Source: Flavobacteriales bacterium (GTDB lineage Bacteria > Bacteroidota > Bacteroidia > CAIKAF01). From it: 64,000 bases of DNA. Below, one piece after another: positions 9,502 to 20,408 of the stretch; position 1 is the stretch's first letter, and the number at the start of each line of letters is the position of its first letter. Location: contig JBQVOK010000004.1 in NCBI GenBank assembly GCA_052437175.1, forward strand, positions 183,337-247,336, read 5' to 3'. A program made the position numbers and the translations under genes. Under the pieces are notes generated by a model that had not been told where the DNA came from, did not search any database, and saw nothing but the letters and a program-made list of their open reading frames with translations.

Positions 9502-9619
9502 TTTGCTAATTATTATAAATTTACTCTTACAAATCTATACAATTAAAATGGAACAAACAACTTTTCTGTAACATTACCATACTATTATTTTTAGCCATTG
9601 GTAACGTTTACAGGCCGTC

Positions 9620-11026
9620 TTACATGTTCAAAGCCCTTTTGTCACTGGCATTTAAGGCTGCATCTTTCAGGGCTTCGCTGAAGGTGGGGTGACCGTGACA
9701 AATTCGACCAATATCTTCGGCGCTGGCCCGGAATTCCATGGCAACCACCGCTTCCATGATCAGGTCTGCCGCCCGGGCCCCGATGATATGTACGCCCAGT
9801 ACTTCGTCCGTAGCGGCATCGGCCAGTACTTTTACAAAGCCGTCGGTATCCATGCTGGCACGGGCGCGGCCGCTGGCGATAAAGGGAAATTTACCGCTTT
9901 TGTAGGCCGTTCCTTTTTCTTTCAGCTGTTCTTCGGTATAGCCTACCGCAGCTACTTCGGGCCATGTATATACGATGCCCGGTATCAGCAGGGGATTGAT
10001 GTGCGGTTTTTGGCCGTTCAGGTATTCGGCCACATATACGCCTTCTTCTTCGGCTTTGTGGGCCAGCATCACGCCTTCGATCACGTCGCCGATGGCAAAG
10101 ATACCGGGTACTTTGGTCTCTTTATGGGCATTTACCGGTATACGTCCGCGCTCGTCCGTCTGCAGGCCTGCGTTCTCCAGTCCCAGTTTATCGGTGTAGG
10201 GGCGGCGGCCTACGGCTACCAGGCAGTAATCGCCTTCGATGCTTACCGTTTCGTTATTGGCCATGTTCTCGGCTTTTACCACCACGCCTTCGCCGGTATT
10301 TTCGGCGCCGGTCACCTTATGTTTCAGGTAAAAATCGAAGCCCAGTTTTTTGCATATTTTCTGCAGTTCCTTGCCCAGTTCACGGTCCATGCTGCCAATG
10401 ATACTGTCGGCATATTCCACTACCGAAACCTTGCTGCCGAGGCGTGCATAAACGGAACCCAGCTCGATACCGATCACTCCGCCGCCGATCAGCACCAGGT
10501 GTTTGGGTATCTCTTTCAGTTCCAGGGCCTCCGTAGAGGTGATGATGCGTTTTTTATCGATCGCCAGCCCGGGCAGGGTCGAGGGTTTGGAGCCTGTGGC
10601 AATGATCACTTTTTTAGCGGAGATCTTATCGCTGCTGCCGTCGTCCTTGCTGATGAGCAGGGTAGTGGCGTTCTCGAAGGAACCGTGCCCCGTATATACG
10701 TCGATCTTGTTCTTCTTCATCAGGTAAGCCACCCCGTCGCAGTTGTCCTTTACCACTTTGGCCTTGCGGGCGATCATCTGTGTAAAATCAGGACGCAGGT
10801 TATCCAGCAGAATACCGTGCTGGGCAAAGGAATGACCGGCATTGTAAAAATGTTCCGAAGTATCGAGCAGTGCCTTGGAAGGAATACAGCCTACATTCAG
10901 ACAGGTGCCGCCCAGTGAGGGATACCGTTCGATAATAGCTGTTTTCATTCCTAATTGTGCGCAACGGATGGCGGCAATATATCCACCCGGTCCCGAGCCG
11001 ATCACGGCAACATCATAACTGTTCAT
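9620..11026 (-). CDS. lpd: Dihydrolipoyl dehydrogenase (E3)
   Basis: 468 aa with the FAD motif YDVAVIGSGPGGY and the redox-active disulfide GGTCLNVGCIPSK. Confidence 0.95.
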   Translation of the reverse strand: MNSYDVAVIGSGPGGYIAAIRCAQLGMKTAIIERYPSLGGTCLNVGCIPSKALLDTSEHFYNAGHSFAQHGILLDNLRPDFTQMIARKAKVVKDNCDGVAYLMKKNKIDVYTGHGSFENATTLLISKDDGSSDKISAKKVIIATGSKPSTLPGLAIDKKRIITSTEALELKEIPKHLVLIGGGVIGIELGSVYARLGSKVSVVEYADSIIGSMDRELGKELQKICKKLGFDFYLKHKVTGAENTGEGVVVKAENMANNETVSIEGDYCLVAVGRRPYTDKLGLENAGLQTDERGRIPVNAHKETKVPGIFAIGDVIEGVMLAHKAEEEGVYVAEYLNGQKPHINPLLIPGIVYTWPEVAAVGYTEEQLKEKGTAYKSGKFPFIASGRARASMDTDGFVKVLADAATDEVLGVHIIGARAADLIMEAVVAMEFRASAEDIGRICHGHPTFSEALKDAALNASDKRALNM

Positions 11027-11099
11027 TGTTGAATTACGAAAGATTTAAACAAAGGTAGAATTAACCTTTAGTTTCGAGAAATAAATTTTATCGATGGCC

Positions 11100-11468
11100 T
11101 TATTTGTTCTGCCCTGCCAGTTCACGGGTTTCTGAGGCATCGGCCGCCTCGCCGTCGAGCTGCTGACGGGTACGTTTTTCGAGCAGGATGAACTTCACGA
11201 ACCACATGATCAGGAAGCTCGGTATAAAATCGGTAAAGGGCAGCAGTTCCTCGGCAAAGGTACCCACACCTCCCAGTATACCGGCCCATCCGCCGAACAG
11301 CAGTATATTGGCCAGACCCGCTACCGGGGCCCATACAAAGTCGAACGATTCGCCCAGCGCCGGAAAGATGTACGAGATCATACCGACGGCATCAAAAACG
11401 ATACTCAGGATGAGGGCCAGGCGCTTTCTCTTGTCGAAATTTTTGCTTTGAGCAGGTAATTTTTGCAT
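11100..11468 (-). CDS. DUF4112-like small membrane protein
   Basis: 122 aa with two TM helices (LALILSIVFDAVGMISYIFP and FIPSFLIMWFVKFILL). Confidence 0.6.
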   Translation of the reverse strand: MQKLPAQSKNFDKRKRLALILSIVFDAVGMISYIFPALGESFDFVWAPVAGLANILLFGGWAGILGGVGTFAEELLPFTDFIPSFLIMWFVKFILLEKRTRQQLDGEAADASETRELAGQNK

Positions 11469-11522
11469 ACTTATTGTGTACGTATTTTATGGCGGAATGT
11501 TTCTTAATTAACAGCTATTTTT

Positions 11523-12236
11523 CTACAGTATGCGTATATGTTTCATGAGTTCGTTGCGCATGGTACTGCCGATCGGTATCTCTTCGTCCTGCACCAGTAC
11601 GGCGCCGGGAAGCAGACGGGTAATGTAATCGGTGTTGATGATGTAGGAACGGTGTACGCGTAAAAAACGGCCGGCGGGCAGGTTTTCTTCCACCGATTTC
11701 AGGTTTCGGTTCACAATATAGCGCTGCTGTGCGGTGCAGAGCAGGGTATAGTTGTCTTCGGCCTTTACGAACAGGATATCGCCGAGCCGTACTTTTACCC
11801 AGGCGTGTTTGTCTTTTACGTAAATACTGCCGTTGTCTTGTTCCCCGGTATGCCCGGCATTGTGGCGCAGACGGTGCAGAATGATGTCTACCTGGGTAAG
11901 CAGGTCCGTTTCCTGGAAAGGTTTCAGGATAAAGCCCTCCGGGTCGGTATGTTTTACGCGTTCAATGGTCTTTTCGTCGGCCGAAGAGGTAATGAACACA
12001 AAGGGAATGCCGTGTTTATGGCGCAGGGTATGGGCTATATCTACCCCGTCCAGGGCGCCTTTCAGCATAATGTCGAGCAGTACCAGGTCGGGCCGTTCGG
12101 CGGCAATAGCCGTCATAACCGCGCCGGCTTCGTCGCAGATACCGGTTACGGTATAGCCTTTCTCGCGCAGGAGTATCTCGAGGTGATCGGCAATGAGGGC
12201 CTCATCTTCTACGATGAGTATGCGGGTTGTATTCAT
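11523..12236 (-). CDS. LytTR-family two-component response regulator
   Basis: 237 aa with a receiver domain (ILIVEDEALIADHL...LVLLDIMLKGALDG) and a C-terminal LytTR DNA-binding domain. The start overlaps the upstream kinase stop by 4 nt. Confidence 0.9.
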   Translation of the reverse strand: MNTTRILIVEDEALIADHLEILLREKGYTVTGICDEAGAVMTAIAAERPDLVLLDIMLKGALDGVDIAHTLRHKHGIPFVFITSSADEKTIERVKHTDPEGFILKPFQETDLLTQVDIILHRLRHNAGHTGEQDNGSIYVKDKHAWVKVRLGDILFVKAEDNYTLLCTAQQRYIVNRNLKSVEENLPAGRFLRVHRSYIINTDYITRLLPGAVLVQDEEIPIGSTMRNELMKHIRIL

Positions 12237-14038
12237 GTGTCAGTGAATTGGCCTGTGAAAGGTATAAAAAAAATGTGCCGGGTACCGCCGCTGTATTCGG
12301 TATTCCACACGGCACCGATCTGGCGTACCATACTGCCGATGAGCCGGAATCCGAACGAATCGCCTGTTTGATCGGGGTCTATGCCTTTGCCGTTATCGTA
12401 GACGCTCAGCCTCAGCTGTTCTCCGTGCCGGTGCAGGCTTACACCGATGATCCCTGCCGTATTCTCCCCGAAGGCATATTTAGCGGCATTGGTAAGCAGC
12501 TCGTTGATAATGAGCCCCAGGGGTACGGCGTATTCCAGGGGCAGCTGCAGGGCTTCGATGTCGCTTTCGAAGCGTACGGGAGCGCCGGGCCTGTCGTTTT
12601 CGCCCAGTACTTCGGCTATTTCCTGTATAAAAGGGCGTATGGCCACGCTTTCGGGATTGTCGCCGCTGTACAGCTGCCGGTGTATGCGGCCCATGGTGCC
12701 GATGCGGTGTATGCAGTCGTTGAGGACCGAACGTACCTTTTCGTCGTCCAGGGAACGGGCCTGTAACTGCAGTATGCTCACCACCAGCTGCAGGTTGTTC
12801 TTTACCCGGTGGTGTACTTCGCCCAGCAGTATTTCGCGGTGCCGCAGGTTTTCTTCAATGAGGCGGTTCTTTTCCTGCAACAGGCGGTTATTCCGGCGGT
12901 TCGTACGTATAAGGTAAGCCAGGGCAAGCAGGGTGCCTGAAGCGATGAAGATAAGGAGGGCGAGGATATATACCTGTAATTTTTTTTCGCGCAGTTCCTC
13001 GGCCTGCAGGCGTTGTTTCTGTATGTCCTGCAGGTTGCGGACACGCAGTTCGGCCAGGGCCCGGTCTTTTTTTTCGGTCTCGTACTGCAGGCTCAGGGCG
13101 TTTACCTGGGCCGCCAGCTGTACGTTATAGAGTGAATCGCCGATGCCTGTGCTTTTAAAAAGGTAATGGTAGGCGGAATCGTAACGGTGTAAGCGGGCAT
13201 GATTTCCGGCCAGCTGTTCGTAGCATTCCTTCATTTTTTCGCGCATGCGGAACTGTTCGGCCAGGGCCGCGGCTTTACGGTGCAGGGCCAGGGCGGCGCG
13301 GGGCTGCCCGGTGTGCTGCAGCAGGCTGGCCTCCAGGTTCAGCTGCATGATCTGGTCCTCGGGCTGTTCCGGACCTTCTGACGGTAACTTTTTCAGCTCG
13401 TTCATAATGGTCCGGGCACGGTCATACTGTTCGAGCCGTAAATACATATTCAGCAGGTTGGAGAGCGCGCCGGAGCGCATTTCTTCCATGCCGTTGTTCC
13501 TGTAAATGCTGTCGGCCTGCTGGTAGTAGCGTATGGTGCGCTCGGTGCTGTCGAGGTAGGCATAACAGATGCCCAGGTTTACCATAGAACTGGCGATCCC
13601 TTCCAGGTTCTGGAGCTGTATTTCGGTGTCGAGTGATTTTTTGTGATAGGAAATGGCAAGCGGGTACTGCTTCTGGCTGTAATAGATCAGTCCGAGCCCG
13701 TTGTATACAAAGGCCATATCGGCCAGGTCTTCCAGTGCTTCATACACGGGCAGGGCGCGCAGTGCAAAATAGGTGGCCGAATCTTTGTACCCGAGCAGGT
13801 CGTAGGCTACGGAAAGACGTGCGCTGATGTCGGCACACCATTCTATATTTCGTTCTTTAAGGGCCCTGGAGAGGAGTTGTTTGCCGTAGGGCACTGCCTG
13901 CGGCGGATTTTCAAGGGTCATATTCCAGAGGCTGTCGTTGTGGTGCAGGGCTTCGGGACTCAGTTCGGGCAGTTCCTGGGCAGCCAGTTGTACCGACAGC
14001 AAAAAGAAGAGGAGATAGAAAGGGCAGCGTTTCAGCAT
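12233..14038 (-). CDS. Sensor histidine kinase: signal peptide, TPR repeats, TM helix, HisKA_2 and HATPase domains
   Basis: 601 aa with TPR-like repeats in the N-terminal half, a TM helix (VYILALLIFIASGTLLALAYLI) and a coiled coil. The H-box is EVHHRVKNNLQLVVSILQLQ (HisKA_2-type). The ATPase region is NELLTNAAKYAF...VYDNGKGI. Confidence 0.85.
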   Translation of the reverse strand: MLKRCPFYLLFFLLSVQLAAQELPELSPEALHHNDSLWNMTLENPPQAVPYGKQLLSRALKERNIEWCADISARLSVAYDLLGYKDSATYFALRALPVYEALEDLADMAFVYNGLGLIYYSQKQYPLAISYHKKSLDTEIQLQNLEGIASSMVNLGICYAYLDSTERTIRYYQQADSIYRNNGMEEMRSGALSNLLNMYLRLEQYDRARTIMNELKKLPSEGPEQPEDQIMQLNLEASLLQHTGQPRAALALHRKAAALAEQFRMREKMKECYEQLAGNHARLHRYDSAYHYLFKSTGIGDSLYNVQLAAQVNALSLQYETEKKDRALAELRVRNLQDIQKQRLQAEELREKKLQVYILALLIFIASGTLLALAYLIRTNRRNNRLLQEKNRLIEENLRHREILLGEVHHRVKNNLQLVVSILQLQARSLDDEKVRSVLNDCIHRIGTMGRIHRQLYSGDNPESVAIRPFIQEIAEVLGENDRPGAPVRFESDIEALQLPLEYAVPLGLIINELLTNAAKYAFGENTAGIIGVSLHRHGEQLRLSVYDNGKGIDPDQTGDSFGFRLIGSMVRQIGAVWNTEYSGGTRHIFFIPFTGQFTDT

Positions 14039-14045
14039 GGCCTAA

Positions 14046-14082
14046 AATAAAAAAAGACCGGCGTTTACCGGTCTTTTTTGTG
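14046..14082 (-). terminator. Rho-independent terminator at the end of the nqr operon
   Basis: Hairpin aagaccggcgtttaccggtctt with an A-run and a T-run on both sides. Confidence 0.75.
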
Positions 14083-14092
14083 ATTTATTTTT

Positions 14093-15391
<1,299 letters not shown>

Positions 15392-15421
15392 GTTTTCTTC
15401 TGTTTTTCTTTGGTTCTACAA

Positions 15422-16039
15422 TTACAGTTTGATACCGGCAAAGCTCAGGAACGCCAGTCCCATCAGCCCGGTTAAGATGAACGTGATACCCAGTCCGCGC
15501 AGGGGAGCAGGTACTTTACTATAACGCATTTTTTCGCGTATGGCGGCAATGGCCACAATAGCCAGGAACCAGCCTATACCGGAACCTATACCGAATACCG
15601 ATGCCTCACCGATGGATTCGTACCCGCGCGACTGCATAAAGAGCGCACCGCCCAGGATAGAGCAGTTCACGGCGATCAGCGGCAGGAAGATACCGAGTGA
15701 GTTGTAGAGCGAAGGCGTGAATTTTTCCACCACCATCTCTACCAGCTGCACAATAGCGGCTACTACGGCAATGAACATGATAAAGGACAGGAACGAAAGG
15801 TCTACGTCTTTGAACTGTTCGCCCATCCAGGAAAGGGCTCCGGCTTTCAGTACGTAGTTTTCGAGCAGCCAGTTGATCGGAACGGTGATGCCCAGTACGA
15901 AAATTACGGCTGCACCCAGTCCCAGGGCTGTGGAAACTCTTTTGGATACTGCCAGGTAAGAACACATACCCAGGAAGTAAGCAAAGATCATGTTGTCGAT
16001 AAAGATCGACTTTACAAATATATTTAACAGATTTTCCAT
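15422..16039 (-). CDS. nqrE: Na+-NQR subunit E
   Basis: 205-aa polytopic membrane protein with the conserved NqrE N-terminus ([33 protein letters not shown]). Confidence 0.95.
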   Translation of the reverse strand: MENLLNIFVKSIFIDNMIFAYFLGMCSYLAVSKRVSTALGLGAAVIFVLGITVPINWLLENYVLKAGALSWMGEQFKDVDLSFLSFIMFIAVVAAIVQLVEMVVEKFTPSLYNSLGIFLPLIAVNCSILGGALFMQSRGYESIGEASVFGIGSGIGWFLAIVAIAAIREKMRYSKVPAPLRGLGITFILTGLMGLAFLSFAGIKL

Positions 16040-16058
16040 TCTTCGGTTACTTGTTTAA

Positions 16059-16724
16059 TTAGTCTTCAGCTTCGATCAGTTTGGTATTGCGGCTGCGCTG
16101 TACCCATATAATGATCCCCACCAGCACCAGGGCCATCGGGGGCATCATCATCATACCGTTGTTTACATAGCCGTGTTCGTAGAATGAAGGCGGTACAATG
16201 GTGTACCCCAGTAGTTTACCCGAACCGAACAGTTCGCGGACCACCGCCACGATCACGAGCAGCAGGCCGTAACCGAGTGAGTTGCCCATACCGTCGAGTG
16301 CGGAAGGCCAGGGTTTGTTGGCCATGGCAAAGGCCTCCAGACGGCCCATTACGATACAGTTGGTAATGATCAGTCCCACGAATACAGAAAGCTGTTTGCT
16401 TACATCGTAGGCATAAGCCTTCAGGATCATGTCCACAATAGACACCAGTCCGGCCACGATCACCAGCTGGGCAATGATACGTACCCGGTTGGGTATTACG
16501 TTGCGAAGCATGGATACCACAATGTTACCCATAACCACCACAAAGAATACCCCGGCGAACATAAACAGGGCCGGTTTTACCTGCACGGTAATGGCCAGGG
16601 CCGAGCATATACCCAGTACCTGTACGGTTACGGGGTTGTTGTCATTCAGAGGGTCGGTAAGCAGCTTGACACGCTTCTTACTGAAGATCGCCTCTTTTTC
16701 CTGTTGTACTGCAACTTCTGCCAT
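16059..16724 (-). CDS. nqrD: Na+-NQR subunit D
   Basis: 221-aa membrane protein with the NqrD-type sequence (LTDPLNDNNPVTVQVLGICSALAIT). It sits between nqrC and nqrE. Confidence 0.95.
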   Translation of the reverse strand: MAEVAVQQEKEAIFSKKRVKLLTDPLNDNNPVTVQVLGICSALAITVQVKPALFMFAGVFFVVVMGNIVVSMLRNVIPNRVRIIAQLVIVAGLVSIVDMILKAYAYDVSKQLSVFVGLIITNCIVMGRLEAFAMANKPWPSALDGMGNSLGYGLLLVIVAVVRELFGSGKLLGYTIVPPSFYEHGYVNNGMMMMPPMALVLVGIIIWVQRSRNTKLIEAED

Positions 16725-16728
16725 TGTA

Positions 16729-17568
16729 TTAATGATTTGTCGTTGTTGTTTTGTTTAAAGAATCTGTCGCCGGGGCAGCTGTCGCCAGGCTGTCGGCGGG
16801 AATGCTGTCGTTCGTTGCCGGAACGGGCTCCGGTTTTACCGCGGGGGCTGCGTTCTTCTGCGTTTTAGAATACTCGTAAAACGCGCTGAAGAATTGTTTC
16901 AGCATGTCGTGCAGACCATTCGAGGTAAGGGTTCCGCCGGATACACCGTCTACATTATTGTCGCTGACAGGGGCTGTTCCTTTTTTAATAACGGAAACGG
17001 AAACGAATTCGCCTTTTTCATTGGCAATTTTTTTACCATTGAACTGGGCCGTATACCAGCTTTCCTTGATCTCGGCGCCCAGACCGGGTGTTTCGCCCTT
17101 GTGGTCGAATACCGCGTTGTAAATGGTGTTCATATCGCTCTGCAGGGCCACATAACCCCAGATAGCGTCCCAGAGACCTTTGCCGCGCATGCCCAGGATA
17201 TAGAACGTACTGTCGTTCTTATTGCATACGAACACAGGGAATAGTTTTTCTTCACCTTCTTTTTTCTTCAGCTCGGAAGCCAGGTCGATGTTGAACACAT
17301 TATCGATCTCGCCCTTCATTTTTACCTCGCCTTTTTCGGTGAGGGCAAAGGCGTCGATGACAGACTTTTTATATTCCGCTTCCGCCTGGTCACGTTCTAC
17401 GTTAATGCGGCCTGCCTGCAGGATGTTCTGCATTTTTTCCAGCTTCTGGTTGTTATTCACCGTTTCCTTTGTAAAGCTGAATACCGTTACCAGTGCCACC
17501 GATGTAACCAGTACCAGTATAATGGAAAACATGATCACATAGCCGTTACTTTCCTTATTTAACGCCAT
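16729..17568 (-). CDS. nqrC: Na+-NQR subunit C (FMN-binding)
   Basis: 279 aa with an N-terminal TM helix and the FMN attachment motif SGGTLTS. Confidence 0.9.
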   Translation of the reverse strand: MALNKESNGYVIMFSIILVLVTSVALVTVFSFTKETVNNNQKLEKMQNILQAGRINVERDQAEAEYKKSVIDAFALTEKGEVKMKGEIDNVFNIDLASELKKKEGEEKLFPVFVCNKNDSTFYILGMRGKGLWDAIWGYVALQSDMNTIYNAVFDHKGETPGLGAEIKESWYTAQFNGKKIANEKGEFVSVSVIKKGTAPVSDNNVDGVSGGTLTSNGLHDMLKQFFSAFYEYSKTQKNAAPAVKPEPVPATNDSIPADSLATAAPATDSLNKTTTTNH

Positions 17569-18781
17569 TGGAAGCTAATTTAAAACGTTTAACTCTTTTG
17601 TTGATGTTTGACTGTACCACAAAGTAATCGATAATGGGAGCCATTACGTTGAAGAACAGGATCGAAAGCATTACACCTTCGGGGTAGGCCGGGTTCACCA
17701 CGCGGATGATCACCGCAAAGGCCCCGATACCGAATCCGTAAATGAGCTTTCCGAGTTTGGTCTGTGCGGCCGATACCGGGTCGGTGGCCATGTATACGGC
17801 ACCGAAGGCAAGTCCGCCGAATACCAGGTGGTAATGGGCCGGCATAGCCATGTAGGCATTGCTGCCGGCCACCGCATTAAAGAGCAGTCCCATCGCATAA
17901 GCGCCCAGGAAGGTAGAGAAGATGATTCTCCAGCTGCCAATACCACTGATGATCAGGATAGCTGCACCGATAAGACAGGCCAGGGTAGAGGTTTCTCCGA
18001 TAGAACCGGGGATAAATCCGAAGAAAGCATCGCTGAACACGGTGCCTGTGATATCGGCGCCCGCCACGTTCTTAAAGGTGCCGTTAAATCCGGCGTCGGC
18101 TACCTGTCCCAGCAGGGTGGAGCCGGAATAACCGTCCACGAGACCGTCTTTGATCACTTCGTACCCATTGCGGTCGTTCATGGAAACCCACATATCGCCG
18201 CTCATATAGGTAGGATAAGCAAAGAACAGGAAGGCACGGGCCACCAGGGCCACGTTCAGCACGTTCATACCGGTACCGCCGAAGATCTCTTTACCGATGA
18301 TAACGGCAAAGGCGGCGGCCAGGGCTACCATCCAGAGCGGAATATCGGCGGGGAGAACCAGGGGGATCAGTATGCCCGAAACGAGGTAACCTTCGCTGAT
18401 CGGGTGTTTTTTAATGATACAGAAGGCAAATTCGATACCCAGACCTACGGCATAGGAAACCACCACGATGGGCAGTACCTTCAGGAGGCCGTATAAAAAG
18501 CTGGCGCCCAGTTCGGGCGTCTGTCCCAGTGCCAGGAAATGCTGGTAACCGGTATTGTACATACCGAACAGCAGGCAGGGTACCAGGGCCAGGATCACCA
18601 CGGACATGGTGCGTTTCAGGTCGATGGAATCGCGTACATGCACCCCGTTGTGGGTCACGTGACCGGGTACAAACAGGAAGGTCGCGAAACCATCATAAAG
18701 CGGCCAGAATTTGTGAAGCTTTCCCCCCTCTTTAAAGCTGGGTTCCAGTTTCTTTTCCATGAAATTACGTAACGCTTTCAC
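17555..18781 (-). CDS. nqrB: Na+-NQR subunit B
   Basis: 408-aa polytopic membrane protein. The NqrB FMN-binding site SGST is present. The coordinates overlap nqrC. Confidence 0.95.
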   Translation of the reverse strand: MKALRNFMEKKLEPSFKEGGKLHKFWPLYDGFATFLFVPGHVTHNGVHVRDSIDLKRTMSVVILALVPCLLFGMYNTGYQHFLALGQTPELGASFLYGLLKVLPIVVVSYAVGLGIEFAFCIIKKHPISEGYLVSGILIPLVLPADIPLWMVALAAAFAVIIGKEIFGGTGMNVLNVALVARAFLFFAYPTYMSGDMWVSMNDRNGYEVIKDGLVDGYSGSTLLGQVADAGFNGTFKNVAGADITGTVFSDAFFGFIPGSIGETSTLACLIGAAILIISGIGSWRIIFSTFLGAYAMGLLFNAVAGSNAYMAMPAHYHLVFGGLAFGAVYMATDPVSAAQTKLGKLIYGFGIGAFAVIIRVVNPAYPEGVMLSILFFNVMAPIIDYFVVQSNINKRVKRFKLASNGVK

Positions 18782-18809
18782 TTGTATTTATTTCGTTTTA
18801 CGTTAATTA

Positions 18810-20159
18810 TTATTCGGTTTCCGACATTACAAGGTCCAGACCCCTGCGTACGATGCTCTGTGTCTCGATCTTGGATGTACATACAAATTCGCACAGGGCG
18901 AAATCTTCGGGGGCCACTTCGTAGATACCCAGCTGTTCCATGCGTTCGATATCGTTAGCCAGTATCGACTTCAGCAGGTATACAGGGTAAATGTTCATGG
19001 GAAACACCTTCTCGTATTCGCCGGACACAACAAAGGCACGTTCTTCGCCGTGCTGGTTGGTATTCAGGGTATATTTTTTACCGGGTGTGAGCCAGGAGAA
19101 GAAGGAGCGGTTCAGCGAGAACTTGCCGAAGCCGGGCAGGGCCCAGCCGAAGAGTTCGGGCTCATAGCCTTCGGGGATCACGGTCACCTGGCTGTCGTAA
19201 AAGCCCAGGTTGCCCTCGATGCTCTCCCTGGTGCCGCTGAGTACGTTGCCGCTGATGATGCGTACATTGTTCTCGTGGTTCAGGTTGCCGTTCAGCAGGG
19301 CACGCATAGGTACGCCGGTAATGGCTTTGGCGTAGCGGCGGCGTGTAACCTCGCTGCCGGTAACGGCCACTACACGCAGGGCATTGTAGCGGTTCTCGGT
19401 AAAGAGGCGGCCGATGATCACCACGTCCTGCGGGTTTACCGTCCATACCACTTCACCTTTGTTCACCGGTGAAATATGATGGATCTGTACCCCGGTGTTC
19501 CCGCTCGGGTGCGGACCGGAAATCGTATGAATATCAACGTTTTTAGCTTTCAGGAATATCTCACTCTTGGTACGTGAGGTATGCACGGTAAGGTTTACCG
19601 GGGCTAATTTTGCCAGGACGTCAAGCCCTTTCTGGAATTCCGTACCGTAACCCTGCAGGGCAAAATCGAGGTCCGGAGCCAGCGGATTGCTGTCGAAGGC
19701 CGAAATGTAGATCGCCTTGGGCGCTACGTTCGGGTTTGCGATCACGTCGAACGGACGCTGTTTGATGTAGGGCCACAGACCGTTGGCACAGAGCGCCGCG
19801 ATCAGTTCTTCGCGGGTGGCACCTTCGGCAGAAGGTACGTTTGCCTGCTGGTACTGGGTTTCCTTGTCGGCCAGTATGCGAATGGCCATCAGCTTGCGCT
19901 TGGCACCGCGTACTACCTCGGTAACTTCGCCGCTTACCGGTGAACAGAACTGAATTTCAGGGTGTTTCTTGCTGAAAAACAGAGGTGTTCCGGCTTTTAC
20001 CACATCGCCGGGATTTACCAGACATTTCGGAACGAGTGCATGAAAATCCGTAGGACGGATGACCACTGAGTCCACCGAATCGGGAGATACCGTTACTTTC
20101 TCAGCTTCGCCAACCAACCGGATATCAAGCCCTTTCTTTATTTTTATTGACTTCCCCAT
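18810..20159 (-). CDS. nqrA: Na+-NQR subunit A
   Basis: 449 aa with an NqrA-type N-terminus (MGKSIKIKKGLDIRLVGEAEK...). It is the first gene of the six-gene operon. Confidence 0.95.
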   Translation of the reverse strand: MGKSIKIKKGLDIRLVGEAEKVTVSPDSVDSVVIRPTDFHALVPKCLVNPGDVVKAGTPLFFSKKHPEIQFCSPVSGEVTEVVRGAKRKLMAIRILADKETQYQQANVPSAEGATREELIAALCANGLWPYIKQRPFDVIANPNVAPKAIYISAFDSNPLAPDLDFALQGYGTEFQKGLDVLAKLAPVNLTVHTSRTKSEIFLKAKNVDIHTISGPHPSGNTGVQIHHISPVNKGEVVWTVNPQDVVIIGRLFTENRYNALRVVAVTGSEVTRRRYAKAITGVPMRALLNGNLNHENNVRIISGNVLSGTRESIEGNLGFYDSQVTVIPEGYEPELFGWALPGFGKFSLNRSFFSWLTPGKKYTLNTNQHGEERAFVVSGEYEKVFPMNIYPVYLLKSILANDIERMEQLGIYEVAPEDFALCEFVCTSKIETQSIVRRGLDLVMSETE

Positions 20160-20408
20160 ACGCTTTTACATACGTTGTTTGGTAGATTATTTTGCGGCAA
20201 ACGTACACATTTTTTTATTGGAAAAGAACAAAAATATCCCCAAAAATTGCGGTCGGATACCCAATACATCCCCTTTTTATGCGATGCGTTTCCCTCAGGG
20301 CTTTTTTTTACCATTTGTTTAACGCCGGCCTGTTTTTTATTATGCCCCGTATACCCTACTTTTACCCTCATGTATACGCTAAACCGAAAAATGGAGTTAT
20401 ATTGTCCT

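Noticed and set aside
9689-10918. 409-aa plus-strand ORF
   Set aside because: Antisense to lpd, whose identity is unambiguous. It is Gly/Ala/Val-rich, as expected from GC-rich antisense.
11805-12766. Plus-strand ORFs 11805..12371, 11833..12156 and 12227..12766
   Set aside because: Antisense to the LytTR regulator and the histidine kinase.
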